This document shows positions 29,668 to 39,567 of a DNA stretch of 64,000 nucleotides, piece after piece. The position numbers and the translations under genes are program-made. The notes below the pieces were generated by a model, which was not told where the DNA came from, made no database searches, and saw only the letters and a list, made by a program, of their open reading frames with translations. Location: the NCBI GenBank assembly GCA_965116735.1, contig OZ220712.1, positions 4,866,534 to 4,930,533 of the forward strand. Reading direction: 5' to 3'. The DNA is from Thermodesulfobacteriota bacterium (GTDB lineage: Bacteria > Desulfobacterota > Binatia > UBA9968 > JAJDTQ01). Position 1 is the first letter of the stretch, and every line of letters starts with the position of its first letter.

Positions 29668-30449
29668 CGCCTGCGCTCGGCGACCAGGCGGAACACCTCG
29701 GGATGGAGCGAGGGGTTGGCGGCGACAACCCCGTTACGCAGGGTGTCCGCCTGATTGAACCAGAACGGCCGGCCGTCCAGGTCCGTTACCACGGCGCCGG
29801 CTTCCTCGGCCAGCAGCACCCCGGCGCACACGTCCCATTCGTTCTTCGGCGCGAGGCTCACGATGAGGTCGGCGCGGCCGCCGGCGAACTCGGCGAGCTT
29901 GTGGGCGATGCTGCCGGTGGGCTTGATCTTCAGGATCCCCTCGAACTCCGCGAAGAGGCCCCGACGGGTTTCGCTCCGGCTCGCCACCAAAGTGGCGCCC
30001 TCCAGTTCGGCGCGATCGGACGCCCGCACGGGCTGTCCGTCGGCGAAGGTCCCGGAGCCGCGGCGGCAATACGTCATGCGGCCGGTGGCCGGGTTGTAGG
30101 CCACCGCCACCACCGGGGTCGTGCCCCGCACCAGCGCCACGGAAACGGCGAACTCGTCGATCCCCCGGATGAACTCCATGGTCCCGTCCAGCGGGTCCAC
30201 GATCCATACCCATTCGTTGGTCAGCCGCTCGGCGCCGTCGGTCGACTCCTCCGACAACCAGCCGGTCTCGGGAAACGTCCCCAGCAGCGTTTCGTGCAGC
30301 ACCTGGTTGGCCTCGATGTCCGCGGTGGTGACGGGGTTGCCGCCGCTCTTGTGACGGATGTCGTATTCCGACGTGTAGTAGGAGAGAAGCTTCTCGCCGG
30401 CCTGTCGTGCCGCCTCCCGCGCCGTGGTCAGCGCGTGTTCGAGGTCCAT
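29664..30449 (-). CDS. inositol monophosphatase / 3'(2'),5'-bisphosphate nucleotidase (CysQ-like)
   Basis: WIVDPLDGT and WDVCAG metal-binding motifs. Confidence 0.75.
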   Translation of the reverse strand: MDLEHALTTAREAARQAGEKLLSYYTSEYDIRHKSGGNPVTTADIEANQVLHETLLGTFPETGWLSEESTDGAERLTNEWVWIVDPLDGTMEFIRGIDEFAVSVALVRGTTPVVAVAYNPATGRMTYCRRGSGTFADGQPVRASDRAELEGATLVASRSETRRGLFAEFEGILKIKPTGSIAHKLAEFAGGRADLIVSLAPKNEWDVCAGVLLAEEAGAVVTDLDGRPFWFNQADTLRNGVVAANPSLHPEVFRLVAERRR

Positions 30450-30527
30450 GCGTGTTCTCCTGTGTTGAGGGTGCGGGGGCCGGCGGCTATCCGGTGGCCG
30501 AGCCGCGTATCGACGCGGCGCGGCGCG

Positions 30528-31004
30528 TCACACCGCCAGCTCCACCAGCCTGGGCCGCAGGCTACGGCTGTCCAAACGGACGGTGGCCACGGCCACCGGC
30601 AGGGTGAAGCGCCGTGGCCCGGCGCTGCCCGGATTCAGGTAGATCACCCCGTCGCGTCGCTGGATGGACGGCTTGTGCGAATGGCCGCTGATCACCAGGC
30701 GGCAGCCTTCCGGCGCCGCCGTCAATGCCTTGAGATTGTGGATCACGTGGATGCGCGCGCCGCCCACCTCCACGGTGCGTTCCTCGGGCAGCTCGTCGGC
30801 CCAGGCGCCCCGGTCGACGTTGCCCCGCACCGCGGCCACCGGGGCCAGGGCGCGAAGGCGCTCCAACACCTCGGGCGCGCCCACGTCCCCGGCGTGGATG
30901 ATCAGGTCCGAGCCGCGCAAGGCCCCCAGCGCCTGGGGGCGCACCAGACCGTGAGTGTCCGAGATGACACCGATGCGGCACGCCCCCGTATCCTGGCTTG
31001 TCAT
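30528..31004 (-). CDS. metallophosphoesterase (YfcE-like)
   Basis: GDTHG, GD.G and GHSH calcineurin-like motifs in a 158-aa product. Confidence 0.75.
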   Translation of the reverse strand: MTSQDTGACRIGVISDTHGLVRPQALGALRGSDLIIHAGDVGAPEVLERLRALAPVAAVRGNVDRGAWADELPEERTVEVGGARIHVIHNLKALTAAPEGCRLVISGHSHKPSIQRRDGVIYLNPGSAGPRRFTLPVAVATVRLDSRSLRPRLVELAV

Positions 31005-31055
31005 GCGTTGCTTGCGCTCTTTCGCGTACCGCCGCGTCGTAACGCCAACCGGACT

Positions 31056-31814
31056 TCACGCGACCCGTATCACCCGCTTGCCTTGCATGATCTCGGGGTC
31101 GTGGTTGGGGAACGACAGCTCCGGACTCGACGCCACCTGGAGCGCCCGGTCCAGCGCCACCACCGAGTCCGGCAGGTTGAAGTACCAGCCCACCGGGATG
31201 CGCTCGCGCAGGTTGCGGTAGGTGTAGGCGATGTCGCCGCACAGCACGGCCTTGCCCCGCGCCGTCTCCACGGCGACCATCTGGGAGCCGGGGGTGTGGC
31301 CGCCAGCCCTCAGGAGCTCCACCCCGGGGACCAGTAGGTGGTCGCCGTCCACCAGCGTGACGCGGGCGTCGTCCACGAGCCGTTGCAGCGCCGGACGCAC
31401 CTTGGGCCGGATCAGCTTGTTCAGGTAGTCGAAGCGCATCATCGGCCCGGTCCAGAACTCGTACTCGTCTTTCTGGATGACGAAGTTCGCCTTGGGAAAG
31501 AAGTCGAAACCGGTGAAGTGGTCGATGTGGAAATGGGTGACGATGACGGTGGCCACGTCTTCGGGTCGTATCCCGAGTTCACCGAGCAACTCCGCCGGCT
31601 CCCGAAACTCCTTGCCCTGGGCCCACTCCGCGGGGACGTAGTCGGGATGGTACGCCGTATCCACCACCACCGGGCCGTCCGGGGTCTCGATGCACCAGAC
31701 GATATAGGGTACCGGCTCGTCCCGCTCCGCGTCGCTTCGGATGCACGGCATGATGCCCGAGGGGCGCCAGTTCTCGGCGATGCCGACGGTCATGGCAAAG
31801 ATCTTGTGGTCCAT
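31056..31814 (-). CDS. MBL-fold metallo-hydrolase (lactonase-like)
   Basis: THFHIDHFTG is the HxHxDH metallo-beta-lactamase motif. Confidence 0.75.
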   Translation of the reverse strand: MDHKIFAMTVGIAENWRPSGIMPCIRSDAERDEPVPYIVWCIETPDGPVVVDTAYHPDYVPAEWAQGKEFREPAELLGELGIRPEDVATVIVTHFHIDHFTGFDFFPKANFVIQKDEYEFWTGPMMRFDYLNKLIRPKVRPALQRLVDDARVTLVDGDHLLVPGVELLRAGGHTPGSQMVAVETARGKAVLCGDIAYTYRNLRERIPVGWYFNLPDSVVALDRALQVASSPELSFPNHDPEIMQGKRVIRVA

Positions 31815-32008
31815 GAAGGCCTCCCTGTGGCGGGCCGGCGGCCCGAACCGCCGTTGGTAACCCTAACAGCGGCACCGCCGCCCGTCCACCGTCACCCGTG
31901 GGAGCCCGTGCGGCTCCGGTCCTCGTTTCCCTGCGTCCGGGGCAACGTGTATACTCCGCCCATGGGTTCGGAGGAGGCCAGGGCGCGTTGCGCGGGGAGG
32001 TTTTCGCG

Positions 32009-32824
32009 GTGAGCGGCGCACCCGGGGCGGCGGAGTTGCGGGAGATGCTGTCCGAGGCCCGCGGCATCGTCCGGCAGACGCGGGCGCTGATCGACGCCGC
32101 GCTGGAGAAGGGCTTCACCCACCGCTCCAAGGCCGACGGCAGCTTCGTGACGGACGTGGATATCGCCGTGGAGGAGAAGGCCCGGACCCTGCTGGCGTCG
32201 CGCTTTCCCGCCCACCGCATCATCGGCGAGGAGCTGTCAGACACCGAAGGCGGCCAGGCCCTTACCTGGGTCATCGATCCCATCGACGGCACCAAGAGCT
32301 TCCGGCACGGCGTGCCGCTGTACGGCACGCTGCTGGCCCTGCTCCACGGCGAAGACCCGGTCCTCGGCATCATCGACCTGCCGGGCCTGGACAGGACCTA
32401 CAGCGCGGCAAGGGGCCTCGGGACCCGCTGCAACGATGAGGATCTCAAGCTGCGAGATCTGCGCGCCGACGAGCTTCTGGAAAAGGAAATCATCAGCATC
32501 GGGGACCGGCAGCAGTTCGTCAGCGCCGGCCGCGTGGACGTGTTCGACGCGTTGATGGAGGGCCACCCCGCGGTGCGGACCTACACCGACTGCTTCGGCC
32601 ACGCGCTGGCCCTCGAGGGTTCGGTGGGAGCCATGGTGGACTTCGACCTGCGTCTCTGGGACACCATGGCCAGCAAGGTGTTGATGGAGGAGGCCGGCGG
32701 CCGTTACGTGAGCTTCCAGAGGGCGGGGAAGGACCTTCGCGACCGCCGTTTCGACGTCGTTCTGGGCAAGCCGCGAGTCGTGGAGTGGGTCCTCGACCGC
32801 ATCGCGGGCCAAGCCGAGCCATAG
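32009..32824 (+). CDS. inositol monophosphatase-family protein
   Basis: EELSD...WVIDPIDGTKSF and TMASK motifs. The start is uncertain (GTG 32009 or ATG 32045). Confidence 0.7.
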   Translation: MSGAPGAAELREMLSEARGIVRQTRALIDAALEKGFTHRSKADGSFVTDVDIAVEEKARTLLASRFPAHRIIGEELSDTEGGQALTWVIDPIDGTKSFRHGVPLYGTLLALLHGEDPVLGIIDLPGLDRTYSAARGLGTRCNDEDLKLRDLRADELLEKEIISIGDRQQFVSAGRVDVFDALMEGHPAVRTYTDCFGHALALEGSVGAMVDFDLRLWDTMASKVLMEEAGGRYVSFQRAGKDLRDRRFDVVLGKPRVVEWVLDRIAGQAEP

Positions 32825-33448
32825 ATGTTAACACACGCCAGGAGGTATTCCTTGAGACACTTTGGGACGGCACTCAAGTGCCTTGTAGCGGCCATCGTTT
32901 TATTTCTGGGCGCCGCGGCGTTCGGCCCAACAGCAGAGGGAGGAGACAGACCTGTGGTGATTTTTTCAACGTCGATGGGCGACATCACGATCGAGTTACT
33001 TACCGAGGAAGCCCCGATCACGGCGAAGAACTTTCTCGACTACGTCGACGCCGGTTTCTTTGACGGCACCATCTTTCATCGGGTCATTCCCGGTTTCGTG
33101 ATCCAGGGCGGCGGCTTTACCGCCGACATGAACCAGAAGGAGACCCGGGCGCCCATCAAGAACGAGGCCGACAACGGCGTCAAGAACGCCCGCGGCACGC
33201 TGTCCATGGCGCGGACGTCGGACATCAACAGCGCCACCTCCCAGTTCTTCATTAACCTGAAGGACAACGAGTTCCTGGACCACGGCACCCGGGACTTCGG
33301 CTACGCGGTGTTCGGCAAGGTGGTGGAGGGCATGGACGTGGTGGACCAGATCGCCGGCGTGAAGACCGGCGACCGCGGCCATCACAGCGACGTGCCGATG
33401 GAGCCCATCGTCACCAACACCGCCCGGCGCAAGGAGTCCGCGAAGTAG
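32825..33448 (+). CDS. secreted cyclophilin-type peptidyl-prolyl cis-trans isomerase
   Basis: Signal peptide followed by FHRVIPGFVIQGGG and SMAR...NSA.SQFFI cyclophilin motifs. Confidence 0.85.
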   Translation: MLTHARRYSLRHFGTALKCLVAAIVLFLGAAAFGPTAEGGDRPVVIFSTSMGDITIELLTEEAPITAKNFLDYVDAGFFDGTIFHRVIPGFVIQGGGFTADMNQKETRAPIKNEADNGVKNARGTLSMARTSDINSATSQFFINLKDNEFLDHGTRDFGYAVFGKVVEGMDVVDQIAGVKTGDRGHHSDVPMEPIVTNTARRKESAK

Positions 33449-33453
33449 GCAGC

Positions 33454-34155
33454 CTAGGCGGTCCGCCACTCACAGATCGCTTCCACCACTTCCCGCCAGA
33501 TGTCCTCGGCCTCCCGGCCCAGGCGTTTGGGGACGCGGAAGTCGTGGTTGCCGCCTTCGATGACGTGGGTCCGGGCCGGCGCCTGGACCCGCTTCAGCAC
33601 CTCGTCCAACAGGTCGAGGCGACAGAAGGGGTCGTTGGTGCCTTCCACGAACAGCATGGGCGCGGCGATCTTCACGAGGTTGTCGGCCCGGAGCCGGTCG
33701 TGGCGCTTGGGCGCGTGCAGCGGGTAGCCGAGGAAGACGAGCCCCGCCAAGCCTTGCTCCCCGGCGTCCGCCTCCTTGGCGGCGATGTTGGCGGCGATGC
33801 GGCCGCCCATGGATTTGCCGCCGATGAAGAGCCGCCCCGGCGCCGGGCGGAGAGTCTCCCGCACGTGGGCCAGCACCCGCTCGAAGGCGTCCTCCAGCCG
33901 GGGGCCGGGGTCGGGGGCCTTCCGGCCCAGCTCCTTGTACGGGAAGTTGAACTTCACCGAGAGCCAGCCCGACCGCGCCAACGACTCGTGAAAGAAGGTC
34001 ATGAACGGGTGGTGCATGTCCGTGCCCGCGCCGTGGGCGAGGACGATGACGTCGGTCTGGCCGGCGCGGTACGCGGCCGGCTCGGCTACCACCGCGGACA
34101 CCTGCATGCCGCGGTCCACGGGGATCGTCTCGGTGTGTTGACGGAGAGCGGTCAT
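33454..34155 (-). CDS. alpha/beta hydrolase (dienelactone-hydrolase-like)
   Basis: GGKSMGG nucleophile elbow and a C-terminal H in GGNHDF. Confidence 0.7.
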   Translation of the reverse strand: MTALRQHTETIPVDRGMQVSAVVAEPAAYRAGQTDVIVLAHGAGTDMHHPFMTFFHESLARSGWLSVKFNFPYKELGRKAPDPGPRLEDAFERVLAHVRETLRPAPGRLFIGGKSMGGRIAANIAAKEADAGEQGLAGLVFLGYPLHAPKRHDRLRADNLVKIAAPMLFVEGTNDPFCRLDLLDEVLKRVQAPARTHVIEGGNHDFRVPKRLGREAEDIWREVVEAICEWRTA

Positions 34156-35099
34156 GTCGTTCCTTCAGTGGACCGTCTCGCCGCCTGAAGGTCCTCCAGC
34201 TTGAGGGTATCGTAGAGGTAGTTGTTGAGCGGGGTGGCGACGCCGTGGACACGGCCCATGCGCGACACGTAGCCGCACAGCGAGTCGATCTCGAGGCGCC
34301 TCCCCGCCTCCAGGTCATGGCACATGCTCCCCTTGCCGGAGGGGTCCTGTTGCGCCATGAAGCGGTAGTTGGCGGCGTCGGATTCCGGCTCCAGCGGGAT
34401 CCCCATGGCCAGCGCCAGTTGGTAGACCTCCCGCATCACCTCCCGCGCCATGCGCGCGGTGCCGTCGTAGCCGAGGATCTCGCCCAAGGGCCGCCGGGTC
34501 AGCGCGGTCATGCCGCTCACCGCGCAGATCAGGATGAATTTGTTCCATAGCTCGATGCGGATGTCCCCGGAGAGGCGGGCGTCGACCTGGGCTTCGCGCA
34601 TGACGCCGACGATCTCCTGGCCCCTGGGACTGCCGCCACCGCCCAGGCGGCCGAACACGATCTTGCGAGGCCCGGCGGTCTGGTGGATCCTGCCCGGCGC
34701 CGCGATGGTGCTGAAGACGTAGGCGGCCCCCTCCATGACCCGGTTCTCGCCGAACTCCCGCGCCAGCAACTCGCCGTTGTCGACGCCGTTCTGGAGGGAG
34801 ATGACGACGGTTTCCGGTCCGATCATCGGCCTCATGAAGGGGATCACCGTGTCGTTGGCGGTCGTCTTGACGCAGTAAAGGATTACGTCGCACCGCCCGG
34901 CCTCTGCCGCATCGTCGGTGAACAGCGTATCCCGGACGTTGAACGCGCCCGGCTCCACCGACTCCACGGCGAGCCCGTGTTCCCTCAGCGCCTGGAGATG
35001 GCCGCCCCTGGCGATGAAGCACACCGGCAGCCCCGCCCGGGCCAGCAGCCCGCCGAAGTAACCCCCCACGCCGCCGGTCCCCATGATCCCGAACCGCAT
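34152..35099 (-). CDS. panE: 2-dehydropantoate 2-reductase
   Basis: MRFGIMGTGGVGGYFGG Rossmann motif and the ApbA C-terminal domain. The long upstream ORF extension is out-of-context Arg-rich junk. Confidence 0.75.
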   Translation of the reverse strand: MRFGIMGTGGVGGYFGGLLARAGLPVCFIARGGHLQALREHGLAVESVEPGAFNVRDTLFTDDAAEAGRCDVILYCVKTTANDTVIPFMRPMIGPETVVISLQNGVDNGELLAREFGENRVMEGAAYVFSTIAAPGRIHQTAGPRKIVFGRLGGGGSPRGQEIVGVMREAQVDARLSGDIRIELWNKFILICAVSGMTALTRRPLGEILGYDGTARMAREVMREVYQLALAMGIPLEPESDAANYRFMAQQDPSGKGSMCHDLEAGRRLEIDSLCGYVSRMGRVHGVATPLNNYLYDTLKLEDLQAARRSTEGTT

Positions 35100-35116
35100 G
35101 ATCTTCCGTATCCGTT

Positions 35117-36067
35117 CTAGGGGACGAGCACGATCTTGCCGAAGAACTCGCTGCGCTCCATGAGGTCGTGGGCGCGGGCGGCCTCGCGGAGCGGCAGTAC
35201 CTCGGACACGACGCCGCGGAGCTTTCCGCCGCGCACCAGGGTCATGACCGCGGGCATGTCGTCCCGCGGCCGCATGGTGGTGCCCATGAGGGTCAGCTCG
35301 CGGGTCCAGAGCTGCCCCAGGTGCAGCTCCACCCGGTGGCCGGCGGTGACCCCGGAGTTGATGAAGCGGCCGCCCCGCCGGAGGCTGGCGAAGCACTCCC
35401 CCCAGACCGCCGCGCCCACGTGCTCGAAGAGGACGTGCACGCCCTCGCCGCCGGTCAGCTCCAGGACCTTCTTGCTGAACTCGGGGAACACCTTGTAGTT
35501 GATGCCCGCGTCCGCGCCCAGCTCGGCGGCCTTGTCGAGCTTCCATTGAGCGCTGGCGGTGGTGATGACCCGCGCTCCCAACAGCTTGCCGAGCTGGATG
35601 GCGCCGCTGCCGATGCCGCTGCCCGCGGCGATCACCAGCAGGTCCTCTCCCGACTTCAGCATGGCCCGGCGCACCAGCATGCGCCAGGCGGTGCCGAAGG
35701 GCACCGCGATGCACGCCGCTTCCTCGAACGACATCCACTCGGGGAAGGGGTAGGCGTCGGCGGCTTCCATCCGCGCGAGTTCCGCGTAGCCGCCGCCTCT
35801 GCACCGCCCGAGCGCCCGGTCGCCGATCTTGAAGGTGGTTACCTCCGGCCCGGTCCTCACCACCTCGCCGGCGACCTCCAGACCCGGGACGTGGGGCAGG
35901 GTCGGCTTGACACCGTGGGTGCCCGCTCGGGCGAACAGGTCCCGGCGGTTGAGCGCTGCCGCCTTGACCTGGACCAGCAGGTCGCCGGCGCCGATTACGG
36001 GTTCGGCAACGTCGCCGTAGGTCAGGACCTCGGGGCCGCCGGTTTCAGGGATGAAGACCGCCTTCAT
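35117..36067 (-). CDS. MDR-family quinone oxidoreductase / zinc-independent alcohol dehydrogenase
   Basis: MKAVFIPETGGPEVL and AAGSGIGSGAIQLGK nucleotide-binding motif. Confidence 0.75.
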   Translation of the reverse strand: MKAVFIPETGGPEVLTYGDVAEPVIGAGDLLVQVKAAALNRRDLFARAGTHGVKPTLPHVPGLEVAGEVVRTGPEVTTFKIGDRALGRCRGGGYAELARMEAADAYPFPEWMSFEEAACIAVPFGTAWRMLVRRAMLKSGEDLLVIAAGSGIGSGAIQLGKLLGARVITTASAQWKLDKAAELGADAGINYKVFPEFSKKVLELTGGEGVHVLFEHVGAAVWGECFASLRRGGRFINSGVTAGHRVELHLGQLWTRELTLMGTTMRPRDDMPAVMTLVRGGKLRGVVSEVLPLREAARAHDLMERSEFFGKIVLVP

Positions 36068-36102
36068 GGTTCGGGTGTCCTTGCGGTAAACAGGGATGCG
36101 CC

Positions 36103-36825
36103 TCAGAAGCGCGCCTTCTGCAGCTCCTCCAGAAAGTTCCCATACTCTTCCTCGCCGCCGCTCTCCCAATGCTCGAGCAGCGCCGAGCCCACGATGGCGA
36201 TCTCGCAACTGCCGTGAAGCTGCCGCACGTCGTCGCCGCCAGCGATGCCGAAGCCCAGGGCGAGGGGCACGTCGGTGGCGGCGCGGTAGCGGGCCGCGAG
36301 GGCGTCGATGCCCGCCTTCAGGTCGGTGCGCTTGCCCGTCACCCCGCGCCGCGCCACGCCGTAGACGAAACCGCGGCCGTGGCGCCCGATCTCGGCCAGC
36401 CGCGCGTCGGTGTTGGTGGGCGTGAACAGCGCCACCGGCGTCAACCCGTGGGTCTCGCTCAGCGGGAAGAGGTCGTGGTACTCCTCGATGGGCAGGTCGG
36501 GGACGATGAAGCCCGCCCCCCCAGCCGCCCTCAGCCGCTCGCAGAAGGCGCGGTGGGTGAGCCGGAACACGGTGTTGTAGTAGCCCATCATCACGTGAGG
36601 GAACCCGAAGCGCTCGGTGGCCCGCGCCATGAACTCGAAGTACTGGTCGGTGGAAAGGCCCCTTCTGAGCGCTTCCTGGTTGGCCCGGGCGAACACCGGC
36701 CCGTCGGCGATGGGCTCGCTGAAGGGCATCTGCAACTCCACCAGATCCACGTCCGCCCGCTCCATCCGCTCCAGCATCCGCCAGTTCACGTCGAGCGACG
36801 GATAGCCCACGATGACGTGGGTCAT
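36103..36825 (-). CDS. trpA: tryptophan synthase alpha chain
   Basis: The 240-aa product has the LVELQMPFSEPIADGP active-site region. Confidence 0.9.
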   Translation of the reverse strand: MTHVIVGYPSLDVNWRMLERMERADVDLVELQMPFSEPIADGPVFARANQEALRRGLSTDQYFEFMARATERFGFPHVMMGYYNTVFRLTHRAFCERLRAAGGAGFIVPDLPIEEYHDLFPLSETHGLTPVALFTPTNTDARLAEIGRHGRGFVYGVARRGVTGKRTDLKAGIDALAARYRAATDVPLALGFGIAGGDDVRQLHGSCEIAIVGSALLEHWESGGEEEYGNFLEELQKARF

Positions 36826-36875
36826 CAGCAGGATCTTACGCGAGCCCAACCGGCTTTGTATGTAGGTCCGGAGGC

Positions 36876-38123
36876 TCAACGGCCGGCTTTCCTCTGCAGG
36901 AACCGTTGCCAGCCGGGGTCCTTGAGCGCCTCGGCGATGGTGAAGATGTCCTTGTCGCCGCGGCCGGAAAGGGTCAGCAGCACGGTCTTGTCCCTGCTCA
37001 TGCCCGGGGCCTCGCGGATGGCGCCGGCGACGGCGTGGGCGCTTTCCAGGGCCGCGATGATGCCTTCCCGGCGCAGGAGCGTCTGGAACGCCTCCAGCAC
37101 CTCGCCGTCGGTGGCCGCCTCGTAGCGGACCCGTCCACTCTCCCGCAGGCAAGCGAGGATCGGGCTCACGCCGATGTAGTCCAGCCCCGCGGCCACGGAG
37201 TGGGTGTGGCGCATCTGGCCTTCCTCGTCCTGGAGGAAGTAGGTCTTGTAGCCCTGGGCCACGCCGGGACTGCCGTCCGTGCCCGCGAGCCGGGCGGCGT
37301 GGCGCCCGGTTTCCAGTCCTTCGCCGCCGGCCTCGATCCCGACGAGTTCCACCTCCCCGTCGTCCAGGAAGCCCAGAAAGGTGCCGGTGGCGTTGGAGCC
37401 GCCGCCGACGCAGCAGTACACCCGGTCCGGCAGGCGCCCGGTGGCGGCCAGCATCTGCTCGCGGCACTCCTGCCCGATGATCTGCTGGAACCAGGCCACC
37501 ATCTGCGGGAACGGGTGCGGCCCGCAGGCGGTCCCCAGCACGTAGTGGGTGTCGTCCATGGAGAACGCCCAGTCCCGCAGGCACTGGTTGATGGCGTCCT
37601 TCAGGGTGGCCGAGCCGTCCTCCACCGATACCACCTCGGCGCCCAGCCGCTCCATCCAGAAGACGTTGGGCCGCTGCCGCTCCACGTCCACCGCGCCCAT
37701 GTAGATGGTGCACTTGAGCCCCAGCCGCGCCGCCATGGTGGCGGTGGCGACGCCGTGCTGCCCGGCGCCGGTCTCGGCGATGACGCGCTTCTTGCCCATG
37801 CGCGCCACCAGCAGCCCCTGGCCCATGACGTTGTTGATCTTGTGCGAGCCGGTCTGGTTGAGGTCCTCCCGCTTCATGTAGATGGCGGGACCGCCCAAGG
37901 CTTCGCTCAGGTTCCTGAGAGGGGTGAGGGGCGTCGGCCGGCACGAGTAGGTCTGCATGACCGTCCGGAACTCCTCCCAGAACGACGGGTCCCTGCGCGC
38001 GTCCTCGAAGGCGGCGATCAGCTCGTCCAGGGTCGTGCGCAGGATCTCCGGCGTGAACGCGCCGCCGTAGGCGCCGAAGTAACCGGTGCGTGCTTCCACG
38101 TTTTTCAGCAAACTGTCGAGCAT
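36876..38123 (-). CDS. trpB: tryptophan synthase beta chain
   Basis: The 415-aa product has the PLP lysine in LNQTGSHKINN and GGGSNA. Confidence 0.92.
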   Translation of the reverse strand: MLDSLLKNVEARTGYFGAYGGAFTPEILRTTLDELIAAFEDARRDPSFWEEFRTVMQTYSCRPTPLTPLRNLSEALGGPAIYMKREDLNQTGSHKINNVMGQGLLVARMGKKRVIAETGAGQHGVATATMAARLGLKCTIYMGAVDVERQRPNVFWMERLGAEVVSVEDGSATLKDAINQCLRDWAFSMDDTHYVLGTACGPHPFPQMVAWFQQIIGQECREQMLAATGRLPDRVYCCVGGGSNATGTFLGFLDDGEVELVGIEAGGEGLETGRHAARLAGTDGSPGVAQGYKTYFLQDEEGQMRHTHSVAAGLDYIGVSPILACLRESGRVRYEAATDGEVLEAFQTLLRREGIIAALESAHAVAGAIREAPGMSRDKTVLLTLSGRGDKDIFTIAEALKDPGWQRFLQRKAGR

Positions 38124-38229
38124 GGTCTGAGGACGGACACGCAAAGGAGAGGTTGTCTTTCGGAAGTACCGCTCACGGAACGGTTTAAGGAGACTTGGCG
38201 AGTAAGTCAAACAGCGCGGGTTCCATGAA

Positions 38230-39560
38230 GGCCGGTCGGAAATGCTATCATTGGAACAAAGAGCACGTGCACGAGGAGGCCCGTTCTTCCCTCCGTCATT
38301 CCGCGACCCTCCGTCATTTGTATGTTGAGAAAGCCTCTCAGATCGGCCAATTTGAGGGGTAGGCATGCGGGGGGAGCCGCACGTCATAGGGTGAGAGTCT
38401 TTAGGGGCTCTGCACCGGGCGGGAGTAGGACACCCCGCATGCCAGTTGTCGCTCCGAACAGATACCGGGGGGTAGTGGCCCCGCATAAGCAAGTGTGGAG
38501 GACAGCGTCATCCTAGCAGAAGAGGAGGCGGGCATGAAGGTATATGCAGGGCTAGATGTAGGCAAGCGGGAGTTGGTGGTGTGGGTGATGGGCGAGGGGT
38601 TGCGGCGGTTCAGGAATGAGGCAGGGGGCATCCGGGAGATGCGGGAGTGGCTGAGAGCGGAGGGGGTGAAGCAGGTGGTGTGTGAGGCGACGGGGGGCTA
38701 CGAGCGGGGGGTGGTAGCGGGACTGAAGGGGAGTGGGGTGGCGGTGCACGTGGCGCATCCGACGCGGGTACGGGGGTTTGCGCAGGCGCTGGGGCGTGGG
38801 GCCAAGACCGATCCTATGGACGCGGAGGTGCTGGCGCATTACGGCGCGATGATGAAGGTGGAGGGGGAGGAGGAGGGGGACGGTGCCAGTGAGGAGTTAC
38901 GGGAGGTGTTGGGACGTAGGCAGCAGTTGGTGCAGCAGCGAGTGCAGGAACTCAATCGGCTGGAGAAGGGGCTTCGGGGGGCGAACAAGAAGTCCTGTGA
39001 GCGCCATGTGGCATGGCTGGACAAGGAGATCGCGCGGCTGGACAAGGCCCTCCAGGCGCTGTGGCGGCGTCACCCGGAGTTGCGGGAACGGGCGGCCCTG
39101 TATCAGAGCGTGAAGGGCGTGGGAGAGCTCACCGCGGCCACCTTGCTCGGGTACTTGCCCGAACTGGGCCGAGGGTGCGGCAGAGGCTTGACCTCCTTGG
39201 CGGGCTTGGCGCCTTGGTCCCACGACAGCGGCCGGCGTCAAGGCTACCGCGCCATCCGCGGTGGCCGTGGCACCGTCCGTCGGGCCTTGTACATGGCCGC
39301 GCTGTCAGCGACACGGTGCAACCCCGAACTGGGTGGTTTCTATCGTCGGTTGCGGCGCCGCGGCAAGCCCGCAAAGGTGGCCCTGGTGGCGGTGATGCGA
39401 AAGCTCTTGTTGCAACTCCATGCCATCGCACGCCGTGGCACCCCGTGGTTGCCGACCCCCAACCCACAGCCACTTAGCCCTTGACTCCCATCACAGATAC
39501 TCCCGCGAAAGCGGGAATCCAGGGGGCGGGGTGGTGGAGGGTGGCGCGAACGAAGGGAGG
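38230..39560 (+). mobile_element. IS110-family insertion sequence (boundaries approximate)
   Basis: The element comprises a DEDD-type transposase gene plus about 300 bp of structured 5' non-coding sequence. IS110 elements lack terminal inverted repeats, so the ends cannot be fixed from sequence alone. Confidence 0.6.
38534..39484 (+). CDS. IS110-family transposase
   Basis: MKVYAGLDVGKREL is the DEDD/RuvC-like N-terminus. The C-terminal Transposase_20-like region has GVG..TAA.L.......F.....L....GL.P...SG. Confidence 0.85.
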   Translation: MKVYAGLDVGKRELVVWVMGEGLRRFRNEAGGIREMREWLRAEGVKQVVCEATGGYERGVVAGLKGSGVAVHVAHPTRVRGFAQALGRGAKTDPMDAEVLAHYGAMMKVEGEEEGDGASEELREVLGRRQQLVQQRVQELNRLEKGLRGANKKSCERHVAWLDKEIARLDKALQALWRRHPELRERAALYQSVKGVGELTAATLLGYLPELGRGCGRGLTSLAGLAPWSHDSGRRQGYRAIRGGRGTVRRALYMAALSATRCNPELGGFYRRLRRRGKPAKVALVAVMRKLLLQLHAIARRGTPWLPTPNPQPLSP

Positions 39561-39567
39561 CCCGTTG

